Shown in pieces: positions 10,528-22,768 of a stretch of DNA of 64,000 bases. Origin of the DNA: Nostoc sp. GTDB lineage: Bacteria; Cyanobacteriota; Cyanobacteriia; Cyanobacteriales; Nostocaceae. A program made the translations under genes and the position numbers. Each line of letters begins with the position of its first letter. The stretch's first letter is position 1. Under the pieces are notes generated by a model. The model was not told the DNA's origin. It saw only the letters and a program-made list of their open reading frames with translations, and searched no databases. Where the stretch lies: assembly GCA_036918135.1 (NCBI GenBank), contig JBALDB010000046.1:64001-128000 (forward strand), read 5' to 3'.

Positions 10528-10947
10528 TTAATCCTTGGTACGAGCATAATCATCTTGGTAGCGAATAATATCATCCTCACCTAAATATTCACCATTTTGC
10601 ACCTCAATCAACACCAAAGGAATCACACCAGGATTCTCTAAACGATGAGCTGTACATTGAGGTACATAGGTTGACTCATTATTACTCAATAGTACTTCTT
10701 GTTCGCCACAAACTACCCTAGCTGTACCAGAGACGACAATCCAGTGTTCGCTACGGTGATGATGCATTTGTAAACTCAGACGGTGTCCGGGCTTAACTTC
10801 GATGCGCTTGATTTTATATCCACGTCCTTCTTCCAATACTGTAAAAGCGCCCCAAGGACGTAACTCAGTTGCAGCAATGCTTTTGGAACTAATAACTGGA
10901 GAGATGTGTAGAGTGTCAGTCTGTGTAGTTTCTTGATATCGAGCCAT
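10528..10947 (-). CDS. Cupin protein, mannose-6-phosphate isomerase type II C-terminal family
   Basis: RPWG, LSLQMHHHRSEHW and GEYLGEDDIIR; ATG at 10947 follows GAGG. Confidence 0.9.
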   Translation of the reverse strand: MARYQETTQTDTLHISPVISSKSIAATELRPWGAFTVLEEGRGYKIKRIEVKPGHRLSLQMHHHRSEHWIVVSGTARVVCGEQEVLLSNNESTYVPQCTAHRLENPGVIPLVLIEVQNGEYLGEDDIIRYQDDYARTKD

Positions 10948-11339
10948 AGTTACCTCATTTGAAGACATAACAAACCGTTGGTACTCTTAAAAATATTAAT
11001 GAAAAATTCTGACGCTATCTTGCAACTTTGTAAATCACGAAATCACGAATTTTGTTGCACTTTGCTAAAGATAGCAAAATCAAACCTTATGGTGTAAACC
11101 ATCACTATTAAAATTTTTAGGTTTACACTAAGTCTTCATCAAGCAAAATGGCAGCTTGTTCTAAACTTTAAAAAGGGATTGGTTACTGGGAAGCAGAGGG
11201 GCTTCAGATGCACAGGAGTATAGGGAGAATAATAACTCCTAATTCTTAATTTCTAACTCCTAATTCCTTACCAGAGCTTTCAAAGTCTCCGGCGAGGCTC
11301 AACACTGCCAACACCCCATGCCTCAATCCCTTAAATCCC

Positions 11340-13376
11340 TTATTTTTTCAGGAAAATACCAATGCCATTGTGGACACGAGCCGCAGTACTAGGAAAACGG
11401 TCAAGTAGTTGTCCTCCCAAGTAAAGGCTGGTAGAGCTACCACCATCCAAGTTGAGGGCATCTACACACCCCATTTGTTGCATTAGCTGAGCGTGTTCTG
11501 CCAATGTAGGACCATAACCACCAACACGATTTTGCACGGCAGTAATCATTAGTGTGCCTGTTGAGGTTGTACAAATCCCGCTACGAACAGCTTTTTCTGC
11601 AATAAAAGCATTACTGAATTTTTCCCCTTTAGCATCAAGGACAATTTGACGATTTTGGATTAATAGCGGCCCGGCTCCGATAATGTAGGGATAACGACTA
11701 AAATCACCGGGATTAGGAGTACTGGAAATAGTCACTGCTGTGCCAACAGGTAACAGTGAGGCATTAGTAGTAGCGCTGGCGCGTAAGGTTAGTAGGTAGC
11801 CATCCTGGGGAATAGGAACGACCTGCTCGCCAACTTTGCCGGCTGGTAATTGATTCGTAATTTGGTCTTTTTGTACTACTAAAATGATTTCGTTGTCCGT
11901 TAGAGGCGTATAAGTTGCTCCCCATGCAGGAGTGTAACGGGCAATACCACTTTGAATATAACCACTATTAAGAAATAATATTGGTAAGCGCTGGTTATTT
12001 CCAATAATTAAAGTTTCTTCTAAGTTAAGGCGACCAAAGTAAAATTCACCAGAATCATTCCAGGCGATCGCTCCTCGGTTGAGAATAGGCCCTGATAACC
12101 ACTGACCATCTCGACGAATCGCACCCAAAGGTAATCTGTTATTGCGGTTAAAATAACCACCATTAATTGCAGCTACGGCTGAGTAGCGTTGTGCTGTTTG
12201 AATTAAGGGAGCAGTACCCATAAGTGTATTAGGGCTAGCTGACATCGGTTTGAGTGTTAGTCCAGTGCGGGGATTAACTTCTAACCAAACCACTCCAAAG
12301 CGTTCTGTACCTAAGTTAATATAATGCTGTCGCCAGAGCAATCCTGGTGCCCAAGTAATATCCCGCTCTTCTAAAGGATCGGGTCGAATATTTATAATCA
12401 GGCGATTGGGGTCTGCTACAGTGCTAACTTGAGGCGATAGACCAAAAGGAACGCTTAGGTGAATAATTGTTTGGTTGTTCGCTACTTCCACTTTTTGAAT
12501 TAGTGGTTCTGGAGCTGGTAGTGGTGGTGTAGCTGGGGATAATTGTTTGAGTAGATCTGGCAGTGATGTTGGTGGTGCTGGTGGTGGCTGGGGAGTATAA
12601 CGTTCTATCAAAACGGGATCGGCTATGGCATCCAGGGTAACTATCCACTCGCGATTCGGCGGTATAGTTGATTTCGGTATTAGTGTATCTGGATCGGTGG
12701 ATGGAATTTGAGTTGTTTTAATAGTCGACCCTTGTGCAACTTGCCAAGGAGTTGGACGATTTAAATCTACAAGAATGCGGGCTTGTTGCAAAGGAGTAAC
12801 ACTTGCGTTTGAAGGTTGCTGGCTCTGAACGATGTTTGTTAGTTGTACTTTTGGGGTGGTAATCATTAAGGTATTACCATTGGTTGCAATTTGCCATCCG
12901 GCTGTTTGAGCAAAATTAGTAATATCCAGATAGCGATATCCCCCTAGTAATGTAGTGTTTAAAACTAGTGGGTTGGTCAGGGAGGAAAACCACTGTATTG
13001 GTTGCCTAGTCCAGTTGCTAGTATTTAAAAAATTTACGCCAATTAATTGCCGGAATGCGCCGTCACTGAGATAAGTTGTGATTTGATTGGCTGTTCCAGA
13101 TCGCTGTAACCAAGTTCCTGGTAAAGTACGCCCATTGAGGGAAATTTGATTAGCGAGTGCAGGCGATCCCACTGCTGGTAAAGGAGAGGTCGGTGACTGG
13201 GACGACCTTGGTAATGGTTTGGCATTTGGGAACTCCTGGGCGTTAGCATAGCTAGTACCTAAGCACAGGGCGATCGAAAGTATTGGTGAGAGACTAGCTC
13301 GGATAAACCTGCTATTCCCAATCAGCGAAATAGCACTGGAGTATTGTTGTTGGCAACAATTCGGCATTTTTACCAT
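11340..13376 (-). CDS. Secreted phosphodiester glycosidase (NAGPA-like) family protein
   Basis: Signal-like N-terminus, AAINGGYF, GAGPLL and ALNLDGGSS motifs. Confidence 0.85.
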   Translation of the reverse strand: MVKMPNCCQQQYSSAISLIGNSRFIRASLSPILSIALCLGTSYANAQEFPNAKPLPRSSQSPTSPLPAVGSPALANQISLNGRTLPGTWLQRSGTANQITTYLSDGAFRQLIGVNFLNTSNWTRQPIQWFSSLTNPLVLNTTLLGGYRYLDITNFAQTAGWQIATNGNTLMITTPKVQLTNIVQSQQPSNASVTPLQQARILVDLNRPTPWQVAQGSTIKTTQIPSTDPDTLIPKSTIPPNREWIVTLDAIADPVLIERYTPQPPPAPPTSLPDLLKQLSPATPPLPAPEPLIQKVEVANNQTIIHLSVPFGLSPQVSTVADPNRLIINIRPDPLEERDITWAPGLLWRQHYINLGTERFGVVWLEVNPRTGLTLKPMSASPNTLMGTAPLIQTAQRYSAVAAINGGYFNRNNRLPLGAIRRDGQWLSGPILNRGAIAWNDSGEFYFGRLNLEETLIIGNNQRLPILFLNSGYIQSGIARYTPAWGATYTPLTDNEIILVVQKDQITNQLPAGKVGEQVVPIPQDGYLLTLRASATTNASLLPVGTAVTISSTPNPGDFSRYPYIIGAGPLLIQNRQIVLDAKGEKFSNAFIAEKAVRSGICTTSTGTLMITAVQNRVGGYGPTLAEHAQLMQQMGCVDALNLDGGSSTSLYLGGQLLDRFPSTAARVHNGIGIFLKK

Positions 13377-14128
13377 AATTTACTAGGTATTTTTCAAAAC
13401 TATCACCCAAGGTATAAACTAACTAATTATTTGCAAATATAAAAAACATCGATTTCTTGGCGAAGAAACATGATATTCTATATATTGGCTTCTTATCACT
13501 TTTGAAAAGAAACAACCATTTAGTCGCATAAGCCACTGTAACCAAGTGTTTTAACTGGCACTAATACCAACTACACTATACACGGTAGTTTTAGTTATCC
13601 AAACAGGATTAAAATATTCAATCCTCACTGTTAGTTGCTACTGTTGCTACTTGAGTGAGGTGTAATTACTGGTAAGACAGGTGGCAACAGGGAAACAGAA
13701 ATTTGTGGTAATTGTCAAATGACTATATATTGTAATACGCTGATTTTATTGCCAAATCGGAAAATTTTTGATTTTCAAACCTAGTGCAGCGTCCAGTTTC
13801 AATCATGTTTCAGGTGAGCCAAAATAGGCTCAACAATTAGCTAGTGTGCATCTGGAAAAAGAGAATTGAGAAAATACTTAGCTTCAAAATATAAAAAACA
13901 AACTGTCAGGACAATAATCATGTCTTGGCTAAAGTAGCTTGTCTAATACCGCATAAATACATAAAAAATACGCAATTATTTTAACACAGGTTAACTTAAA
14001 AGGAAAACCGGAGTTAAAATTTTTTTTCCCTAAATTTTAAGTGCTGATGCATTTCTGCATCACTGAATAGAAAATTTTTCTCATTATTTATTGGCAAAAT
14101 TGGTAACTCAACAGTTCAGGTATAGGGT

Positions 14129-17100
14129 ATGAATAATCAATCGATGAATCAAGACCAGAAAATCACAGTGGATATAAACTCAAGAAATACCAGCCAGGGG
14201 CAAAGGTGGTTAGTAGAGGAACGAGATGCCTGTGGTGTAGGTTTTATTGCTCATCGTCAAAATCATGCCAGCCACGAAATAGTCAAAAAAGCTTTAGCTG
14301 CTTTGACCTGCTTAGAACACCGAGGAGGGTGTAGCGCTGACCGAGACTCTGGTGATGGTGCAGGAGTATTGACGGCAATTCCTTGGGAGTTGTTTCAAGA
14401 AGATTTTGCCCAAATAGGCGAGGAATTGCTATCTACTAGCAACAAAGCTGTGGGAATGATATTTTTACCACAAGACCAACAAGCAGCCCAAAAAGCTAGG
14501 GCAGTAGTTGAGCAAGTAGCTGCCGAAGAAAAATTGATTGTACTGGGTTGGCGAGTAGTACCAGTGCAACCCGATCTACTGGGGATACAAGCAAAAGAAA
14601 ATCAACCCCAAATCGAACAAGTAATGCTTGCTTCGCAGGATAAAAGCGGCGATGAACTGGAACGTCAGTTGTATATTACCCGCCGCCGAATTGGCAAAGC
14701 CGCATACAATGTCTCAGAAGAATTTTACATCTGCTCTTTGTCAAGCCGGACAATTGTCTATAAAGGGATGGTGCGTTCGGCGGTATTAGGAGATTTTTAT
14801 CAAGATTTCCGAAATCCAGCTTACAAAAGTGCCTTTGCTGTTTATCATCGCCGCTTTAGTACCAACACAATGCCCAAGTGGCCGCTAGCCCAACCGATGC
14901 GGCTGTTGGGTCACAACGGCGAAATCAATACTTTGTTGGGTAACATCAATTGGATGATGGCACGAGAAGCTAGCTTGAATCATCCAGTATGGGGCGATCG
15001 CATTGACGAACTCAAGCCATTAGTTCATATTGACAACAGCGACTCAGCTACTTTAGATAATGTACTGGAATTGCTGGTGCGTTCTGGACGCAGCCCCTTG
15101 GAAGCCTTAATGATAATGGTTCCAGAGGCATATAAAAATCAGCCTTCTTTAAATGAATATCCAGAAATTATCGATTTCTACGAATATTACAGCGGTCTGC
15201 AAGAAGCATGGGACGGGCCAGCACTTTTAGTATTCAGTGATGGCGAAAAAGTTGGTGCAACATTAGATCGCAATGGGTTAAGACCAGCTCGCTACCTGAT
15301 TACCGAAGATGACTACATTGTTGTAGCCTCGGAAGCAGGAGTAGTCGACTTTCCAGAAGCCAAGATTAAGGAGAAAGGTAGACTAGGCCCTGGGCAAATG
15401 ATTGCTGTGGATTTAGTCAATCAGGAAGTGCTGAAAAATTGGGAGATTAAGCAGCGGATCGCCAAGCAGCAGCGATATGGAGAATGGCTGCAACAGTATC
15501 GTCAAGAATTAAAGTCGTTGGTCATTAGTCATACATCATCAGGAAATGGAAACAGCAACGGCAAAGGACAAATCACGAATGACCAAGAGCAATTGACAAT
15601 CGACAAACAAACTTTACTGCAACTGCAAACCGCTTTTGGTTATACCACAGAAGATGTGGAAATGGTAATTCAACAAATGGCGATCGCAGGTTCTGAACCG
15701 ACTTTCTGCATGGGAGATGATATTCCTTTAGCAGTATTGTCAGAAAAACCCCACCTCCTATACGACTATTTCAAACAGCGTTTTGCTCAGGTAACCAACC
15801 CAGCGATCGATCCCCTACGGGAAAAGCTGGTGATGTCTTTGAAAGTCGAGTTGGGCGAACGCGGTAACCTATTACAACCACAACCAGAATACGCCAAGAG
15901 ATTAAAACTTGAGTCGCCAGTCTTGAACGAAAGAGAATTAGAGGCGATTAAGCTCTCAGGATTTGCCACAGCCGAGTTGTCAACTTTATTTGCGATCGCT
16001 AACGGCCCAGAAGGATTAAAAGCCGCCGTCGAGTCTTTACAAGCACAAGCAGCCCAATCAGTGCGGGCAGGTGCAAAGATTTTAATATTAAGCGATGCCT
16101 ACGGTGGGCTACGCCAACACCTCAATGACACCATCACCACGGAATACACTTACATTCCTCCTTTATTAGCAGTAGGTGCGGTGCATCATCACCTGATTCG
16201 GGAAGGGCTGCGGATGAAAACATCCCTGATTGTCAATACTGCACAATGCTGGAGTACTCATCATTTTGCTTGTCTGATTGGTTACGGTGCTGGTGCAGTT
16301 TGCCCGTATATGGCTTTGGAAACAGTGCGTGATTGGTGGTGCGATTCCAAAACTCAAAAATTAATGTTTGAGGCCAAAAAAATTACCGCCCTCACCTTAG
16401 AGCAAGCTTTAGGAAATTATTGCAAAGCAATAGAGTCCGGTTTACTGAAAATTCTCTCCAAGATGGGAATTTCTTTACTCTCCAGCTATCAAGCAGCTCA
16501 AATTTTTGAAGCGATTGGCATCGGTAGAGATTTAATCGATTTGGGATTTTCTGGTACGACTTCCCGCATTGGTGGTTTGAGTGTGAGCGAACTCGCTGAT
16601 GAAGTACTTTCCTTCCACAGCAAGGCGTTCCCGGAACTGACCAACAAGAAATTAGAAAACCTGGGTTTTGTGCAGTACCGTCCTAACGGCGAGTACCACA
16701 TGAATAGCCCAGAAATGGTAAAAACGCTGCATAAAGCTTTAGATGGCAAAAACTACGACCACTACGAAGTTTACAAAAAACACCTCCAAGGTAGACCGGT
16801 AACAGCCTTGCGTGACTTGCTCGACTTCCAAAGCGATCGCTCACCCATATCTATAGAAGAAGTGGAATCGGTCAGTGAAATTGTCCAGCGCTTCTGTACT
16901 GGTGGCATGTCTTTAGGTGCATTGTCAAGAGAAGCACACGAAACTTTAGCGATCGCCATGAACCGGATTGGCGGCAAATCTAACTCTGGGGAAGGCGGCG
17001 AAGACCCAGTGCGCTATACAGTCTTAGATGATGTAGATGAATCTGGATACTCACCAACTCTACCTCATTTAAAAGGATTGCAAAATGGCGATCGGGCTTA

Positions 17101-18844
17101 TAGTGCGATTAAACAAGTTGCATCGGGACGCTTTGGTGTGACGCCAGAGTATTTAGTCAACGCTAAACAAATTGAAATTAAAATTGCCCAAGGTGCTAAG
17201 CCGGGGGAAGGTGGGCAACTTCCAGGGCCGAAGGTGAGCGAATACATTGCGATGTTAAGGCGCTCCAAGCCTGGTGTAACGCTGATTTCACCACCACCGC
17301 ACCATGATATTTATTCGATTGAAGATTTAGCACAACTGATTTTTGACCTGCATCAAATTAACCCGAAAGCAAAAGTTTCGGTGAAACTAGTTGCGGAAGT
17401 TGGTATTGGGACGATCGCTGCTGGTGTAGCCAAGGCAAATGCTGATATTATCCAAATTTCTGGTCATGATGGGGGTACGGGTGCATCGCCACTCAGTTCT
17501 ATTAAACATGCAGGTTCGCCCTGGGAACTCGGTTTAAGTGAAGTGCATCGCGTTTTGATGGAAAACAGCTTGCGCGATCGGGTGATTTTACGCGTCGATG
17601 GCGGTCTCAAGAGTGGTTGGGATGTGGTAATAAGTGCATTGATGGGCGGTGAAGAATTCGGTTTCGGCTCGATTGCGATGATTGCTGAAGGCTGCATCAT
17701 GGCACGAGTTTGCCACATGAACACCTGCCCTGTAGGTGTTGCTACTCAGAAAGAAGAACTCCGCAAACGGTTTACAGGAATACCGGAAAAAGTTGTCAAC
17801 TTCTTCTACTTCATCGCTGAAGAAGTGCGGAGTTTGTTAGCACGACTTGGCTACCGTTCTTTGTCAGAAATTATTGGACGTGCAGATTTGTTAAAAGTGC
17901 GCCCAGAGGTAAAACTTACCAAAACGCGATCGCTAAATCTCAACTGTTTACTTCAGCTACCAGATAGCAGAGAAAACCGTCGTTGGTTAGTGCATGAAGA
18001 AGTCCACAGTAACGGCGTGGTTTTGGATGACAAATTGCTTGCCGATGCCGATATCAAGACTGCTATCAACAACCAATCTACTGTCACCAAAACTTTCCCG
18101 ATAGTCAATACTGACAGAACAGTAGGTACTAGATTAGCAGGGGCGATCGCTTCCCAGTATGGTGACAGTGGGTTTGAAGGACAAATTCATCTCAACTTCA
18201 CAGGTAGTGTTGGGCAAAGCTTTGGGGCTTTCAATCTTCCTGGGATCGTTATCGCCCTGGAAGGAGAGGCAAATGACTACGTCGGCAAAGGAATGCATGG
18301 TGGTGAAATCATCATTAAACCTTCAGCTGACGCCACTTATAATTCATCACAAAACGTCATAGTTGGCAATACTTGTCTTTATGGCGCTACTGGTGGCACA
18401 TTATTTGCCAATGGTTTAGCAGGAGAGCGCTTTGCTGTGAGAAACTCTAAAGGTCTAGCAGTAATTGAAGGTGCTGGGGATCACTGCTGTGAGTACATGA
18501 CTGGTGGTGTAATTGTCGTTCTTGGCAAAGTAGGACGTAATGTCGCTGCTGGAATGACCGGTGGACTGGCATACTTTTTAGATGAAAACGGTTCATTCCC
18601 TGAGTTAGTCAATCCAGAAAGTGTCAAAATGCAGCGAGTGATTACTCAAGCAGGCGCAAAGCAATTGTTTGAGTTAATCAAAACTCATGCAGAACGTACT
18701 GCTTCACCAAAGGCGAGGAAAATTCTCGAAAATTGGCAAGAATTTTTACCAAAATTCTGGCAGCTAGTTCCGGCTTCTGAAGCTGATAGTCCAGAAGCTA
18801 ATCCTGAAAAAAAAACTGAGTTCAGTTTAGTAAGCAGTCATTAA
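14129..18844 (+). CDS. glsF: Ferredoxin-dependent glutamate synthase
   Basis: [10 protein letters not shown]-terminal Cys, [28 protein letters not shown] [3Fe-4S] cluster and GXGXG domain; no small subunit follows. Confidence 0.97.
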   Translation: MNNQSMNQDQKITVDINSRNTSQGQRWLVEERDACGVGFIAHRQNHASHEIVKKALAALTCLEHRGGCSADRDSGDGAGVLTAIPWELFQEDFAQIGEELLSTSNKAVGMIFLPQDQQAAQKARAVVEQVAAEEKLIVLGWRVVPVQPDLLGIQAKENQPQIEQVMLASQDKSGDELERQLYITRRRIGKAAYNVSEEFYICSLSSRTIVYKGMVRSAVLGDFYQDFRNPAYKSAFAVYHRRFSTNTMPKWPLAQPMRLLGHNGEINTLLGNINWMMAREASLNHPVWGDRIDELKPLVHIDNSDSATLDNVLELLVRSGRSPLEALMIMVPEAYKNQPSLNEYPEIIDFYEYYSGLQEAWDGPALLVFSDGEKVGATLDRNGLRPARYLITEDDYIVVASEAGVVDFPEAKIKEKGRLGPGQMIAVDLVNQEVLKNWEIKQRIAKQQRYGEWLQQYRQELKSLVISHTSSGNGNSNGKGQITNDQEQLTIDKQTLLQLQTAFGYTTEDVEMVIQQMAIAGSEPTFCMGDDIPLAVLSEKPHLLYDYFKQRFAQVTNPAIDPLREKLVMSLKVELGERGNLLQPQPEYAKRLKLESPVLNERELEAIKLSGFATAELSTLFAIANGPEGLKAAVESLQAQAAQSVRAGAKILILSDAYGGLRQHLNDTITTEYTYIPPLLAVGAVHHHLIREGLRMKTSLIVNTAQCWSTHHFACLIGYGAGAVCPYMALETVRDWWCDSKTQKLMFEAKKITALTLEQALGNYCKAIESGLLKILSKMGISLLSSYQAAQIFEAIGIGRDLIDLGFSGTTSRIGGLSVSELADEVLSFHSKAFPELTNKKLENLGFVQYRPNGEYHMNSPEMVKTLHKALDGKNYDHYEVYKKHLQGRPVTALRDLLDFQSDRSPISIEEVESVSEIVQRFCTGGMSLGALSREAHETLAIAMNRIGGKSNSGEGGEDPVRYTVLDDVDESGYSPTLPHLKGLQNGDRAYSAIKQVASGRFGVTPEYLVNAKQIEIKIAQGAKPGEGGQLPGPKVSEYIAMLRRSKPGVTLISPPPHHDIYSIEDLAQLIFDLHQINPKAKVSVKLVAEVGIGTIAAGVAKANADIIQISGHDGGTGASPLSSIKHAGSPWELGLSEVHRVLMENSLRDRVILRVDGGLKSGWDVVISALMGGEEFGFGSIAMIAEGCIMARVCHMNTCPVGVATQKEELRKRFTGIPEKVVNFFYFIAEEVRSLLARLGYRSLSEIIGRADLLKVRPEVKLTKTRSLNLNCLLQLPDSRENRRWLVHEEVHSNGVVLDDKLLADADIKTAINNQSTVTKTFPIVNTDRTVGTRLAGAIASQYGDSGFEGQIHLNFTGSVGQSFGAFNLPGIVIALEGEANDYVGKGMHGGEIIIKPSADATYNSSQNVIVGNTCLYGATGGTLFANGLAGERFAVRNSKGLAVIEGAGDHCCEYMTGGVIVVLGKVGRNVAAGMTGGLAYFLDENGSFPELVNPESVKMQRVITQAGAKQLFELIKTHAERTASPKARKILENWQEFLPKFWQLVPASEADSPEANPEKKTEFSLVSSH
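16097..16117. mobile_element. 21-bp small dispersed repeat inserted in frame at a HIP1-like site within glsF
   Basis: GCGAT[GCCTACGGTGGGCTACGCCAA]CAC. Confidence 0.7.
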
Positions 18845-18878
18845 GAGACTTCCAACAGATAAATTATCCAATCTTGTG

Positions 18879-18903
18879 AGGCGGGCTTTTCGGCCTGCCT
18901 TTC
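18879..18903 (+). terminator. Hairpin downstream of glsF
   Basis: AGGCGGGC/GCCTGCCT stem followed by a short T run. Confidence 0.5.
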
Positions 18904-19127
18904 AATAAAACAAGGTTTTCAACGCCAAAAAACTTTCGTAGTATTCATGTAATAACGCTAAATCCTGTTTTCTGTGACAATAGTTCTCGTATTTTTTTAA
19001 ACCTTATTTGTTCGTTATTTATTCTCAATAAAAATCTAATTTTAGTGATAAGTTGTAAGTTTGTTTGAGGAATGAAACTACAACCCACACTGATTTTGAT
19101 TTTTGGCTTAAATTATAGTTCAGGAAT

Positions 19128-19505
19128 TTATAAACGCCAGCGAAATACTTTTCTGCTCATAAATATAGCTATACTTGCACCTATTGCCCCTAAGATACCC
19201 GGAATGAAAAATCTAAAATCAATTTTAGGAAAATAAGTAATTTCTTTAAGTATTGCATAATGAAAATCAATAATTATTTTAAATATTTCATTTAGATTTT
19301 TAAATGAACTACTTAAAATAATCCCAATTATTACGCCTTCATACCCTCCGATAGCCCCAATTAATAGTCTAAATATTTCAATAAAAAAATTTGTTTTCCT
19401 TGTAATAATTAGAGTAGCTATTCCAGCAAATGCTCCTCCAAAAAAAGGCGCTCCAAATATTATTATGAAAAGTATTAATAATGTTATATTGTCTGGTTCC
19501 CACAT
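19128..19505 (-). CDS. Hypothetical small membrane protein, very AT-rich
   Basis: 125-aa ORF with about 3 hydrophobic Gly-rich segments. Confidence 0.6.
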   Translation of the reverse strand: MWEPDNITLLILFIIIFGAPFFGGAFAGIATLIITRKTNFFIEIFRLLIGAIGGYEGVIIGIILSSSFKNLNEIFKIIIDFHYAILKEITYFPKIDFRFFIPGILGAIGASIAIFMSRKVFRWRL

Positions 19506-19579
19506 AATCTAAATTATTCATAATAATAAATTTCATTTGTTAATCAACTATTATTGCTTAATGACTTAATAATTAATAA

Positions 19580-20485
19580 TTACTTTTTGTTTGCCACCAA
19601 CTTTATGTCTTTATCTTCCATTTCTAAAAGTTCTGGAATAGTGACAAACCGATAGCCTTGCTTTCTAAAGTTACTAATAATTACTGGTAAAGCTTGTACA
19701 GTTTTGGAACGATTACCACCACCATCATGCATTAGCACAATGCCACCAGATCTTGAATCTTTAATTACATTATTAATCAACTTTGGCACAGGGGGCTGTT
19801 TGTAGTCTGTAGAGTCAGCTGACCACAATACCACAGTATATTTTTGTCCTTTGGCATAAGCAACTAATCCATTGTGCATCATCCCGCCAGGAGGTCGGAA
19901 CAGAGTTGTTTTAACACCTGTAACTTGATAAATTAAATCTTCTGTCCGATCAATTTCAAAGGCAGCTGCCTGTTGATTAAAAAAGTGGTACCAATGATGC
20001 CAAGTATGGTTGGCAATGACGTGGCCTTGAGCTACAATTTCCTTTCCTAATTCTGGATAATTTTTTAGATTTTGTCCAATTACAAAAAATGTCCCTTTAA
20101 TATTATTTGATTTCAATATATCTAGTACTTGCTTTGTACTTTGAGGCCAAGGACCATCATCAAAAGTAAGGGCGATCGCTTTCTCTCCTTGAGTTAGTTT
20201 TGACGCTCTAATTATCGCACCTTCAAACCGTGATGGTACAGCATAGGAAAAGCCTTTTACTTGTGCTTGTTGCTGCCAACTCGTCAGCATTGCCCCCTTA
20301 AATTTCTCAATGCGCTGCTGAGTTCCTGTATTTGCAGGCATATTTTTGACATTGATAGGTCTACTCTGAGCCTCCGAAGTATTTGGTCTGAGAAGCATCA
20401 TGAAACCAAGACTAAAAACACCACCCAAGGCAAGCAGTCCAACTAATATTCCTTCCGGCCAGAAAAATGACTTATTGTTTTCCAC
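19580..20485 (-). CDS. Polysaccharide deacetylase (CE4/NodB family), membrane anchored
   Basis: LTFDDGP, HTWHH, FRPPGG and VLMHDGGG. Confidence 0.95.
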   Translation of the reverse strand: MENNKSFFWPEGILVGLLALGGVFSLGFMMLLRPNTSEAQSRPINVKNMPANTGTQQRIEKFKGAMLTSWQQQAQVKGFSYAVPSRFEGAIIRASKLTQGEKAIALTFDDGPWPQSTKQVLDILKSNNIKGTFFVIGQNLKNYPELGKEIVAQGHVIANHTWHHWYHFFNQQAAAFEIDRTEDLIYQVTGVKTTLFRPPGGMMHNGLVAYAKGQKYTVVLWSADSTDYKQPPVPKLINNVIKDSRSGGIVLMHDGGGNRSKTVQALPVIISNFRKQGYRFVTIPELLEMEDKDIKLVANKK

Positions 20486-21830
20486 TTTAAAGCTCCTTCA
20501 ACGATCGAACCATCAATCACGTACATGACAGTACGTTTTAGCACATAATTTATTAAATATTTAAAAATTAATTATTTTATAATTTTAAAAATTAGAATCT
20601 GCGAGAGATATACTACAGCTTTAACTAAAATCTGGATGCTCTAAATTTGGGCGATCGCTGTTTAATATCAAGCCATTTATCAACTTCAAAGTCTGCACTT
20701 GTATATTTTGACTACTAGTTCTAAGAAGGAGCATAATTATATAATTAACCATATATCCAAATCCTGTTAATCAAAGTTTTAAATTAACTGTTGTCTATCA
20801 GCTAAGTGCTAGCTAAAGCAATACTATGCTTTCAGATTGCATACCTTTGTAAATAAACTTAGTGAAGCTATCAAGCCTACAAGTTGCACTTTTTGTAGAC
20901 ATAAATCCGATATAATTTTATATCGACAGCTTAATTAATTGTTTAATTAACCTATAAAAATACTCATAGGAGCGAAATTAAAAAAATTCAAATCAATTAT
21001 TAGTTAGAAAATTAATAAAATATATTTTACTGCCTAATATCATTATTTCATTTTTAAGAAAAAGTTAAATTTTTAACTCAGAGAATCTTGCTTGCGAATT
21101 TTTATCAAATAAAAGGACGGAAATTAATTTAATATAGTTTCTCATTGCCAAGACATATTTAGTCCTTTATATAGATACTTTTTACTCATTTAGCAAAAGT
21201 AATTGTATTGGCAGATTAATTACATTTTTGAGGCTAATACTCTAGTAAAAATTGCTACTAGTTTTCTATGTACTAATGAGCTTCTCAATAGTAAATAAAT
21301 TCATACATTATTCATATTATAATTTAATCAGCGTTGTTACCGTATAATTACCTAAATTGCCTACATTTTGCTCGACAATTTGTTAAAATCTTAATAGTGT
21401 GTTACAGAACTATTAAAACATTAAACATAGCATTTGAATCAAATGTTTTTTTGGCTCATTACACTGTACTTAACTAATTTTTTTGCTGCTTATAGAAAAA
21501 ACCAACTGATTATATCGCTTTACAGTCGGGAATTAGTTTTTTTAGCCGTAGGAAGCAAAACTGAAAATTATCTAGGAACTTAGCTTATAATTGCAGCAAT
21601 TAGAATTAGGATTTTTAGTTATCTGTTTAAGAATCCTAATCATCAACTTTTGTTCCTTGAAACAGGTTATAGTTTCTTTTCAGAATTTTGCATAGCTTTG
21701 CCAGATACAATAAATGTATTATTTAATCTATGTATAAATTTGTGCAAAATTTAGCTTGCTTTTTGATATAGCTTTGGAGTCAAAATAATCAAGGTATTTG
21801 TTCCACTTCTTAAACTGGCTAAAAACTTCT

Positions 21831-22403
21831 ATGATTCCTCACGAAAGTGATGCAAAGCAAGAGCCTGCGTCGTTAAAAGTATGGCGTAGTTGGCAGGAAA
21901 ATCTGATTTTAGTGGCGATCGCCTTATGTTTGGCACTCTTTATTCGGACTTTTATTGCTGAACCCCGTTATATACCTTCTGACTCGATGTTACCCACCTT
22001 ACATACTGGCGATCGCTTGGTGGTGGAAAAAATCTCCTACCATTTTCATCCCCCTGTAACTGGGGATATTATTGTTTTTCAGCCACCTGTAGAACTACAA
22101 CGTCGAGGATATCCCCAAAACCAAGCCTTCATCAAGCGAGTGATTGGTCAGCCTGGTGAGGTAATTAGTGTTGTTCAAGGTAAAGTTTATCTCAACAGTC
22201 AACCCTTAGTAGAAGACTACATCGCTGAACCAGCAAATCAGCCGTATCAACCAGTGAAAGTTCCAGAAGACCAATTTTTTGTCATGGGAGATAACCGTAA
22301 CGACAGTAACGATTCTCGTTATTGGGGCTTTTTACCGAGAAAAAATATTATTGGTCGGGCAACATTTCGCTTTTGGCCTCTCAATCGCATCGGATTTATT
22401 TAA
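21831..22403 (+). CDS. lepB: Signal peptidase I
   Basis: PSDSMLPTL, FIKRVIG and GDNRNDSNDSR; ATG at 21831 preferred over the upstream TTG. Confidence 0.95.
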   Translation: MIPHESDAKQEPASLKVWRSWQENLILVAIALCLALFIRTFIAEPRYIPSDSMLPTLHTGDRLVVEKISYHFHPPVTGDIIVFQPPVELQRRGYPQNQAFIKRVIGQPGEVISVVQGKVYLNSQPLVEDYIAEPANQPYQPVKVPEDQFFVMGDNRNDSNDSRYWGFLPRKNIIGRATFRFWPLNRIGFI

Positions 22404-22500
22404 TTAGTAAGTAGTCAGTTGTTTTTTGACAACTGACCATTTTTAACAGTTAAGTGTAGTCAGAAGTGAGGACACCAAGTTCGCATTGCTAGAAAATAGT

Positions 22501-22661
22501 TTAAGCTGTTATGCATTTAATTTGTACATTTAATTATGTTCGCGCAGCGTCTCCTTCAGGAGAGGGTTGTCATTAGTTATTTGTATTTTCAAGTCCAGAT
22601 GACCAATCACAAAGGACGGTTTGAATGCAAAGATGTACAATCTAGACCCGTACCAGCTTAA
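22501..22661. mobile_element. MITE-like element carrying an internal small repeat
   Basis: TTAAGCTG/CAGCTTAA ends and inner TTGTACAT/ATGTACAA; contains GTTCGCGCAGCGTCTCCTTCAGGAGAG. Confidence 0.5.
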
Positions 22662-22768
22662 CTATAAAAACAGTTAAAATTTGCGAGATTGTCTCACTTA
22701 TTGATAAATACAAGAAAAATCAGCAGCCTCACATTTTAACTCGAAACAGCGTAACTCACAATAACCTG

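Noticed and set aside
13377..14128. NtcA box or glutamine riboswitch upstream of glsF
   Set aside because: By eye I found no exact GTA-N8-TAC and no glnA-motif consensus.
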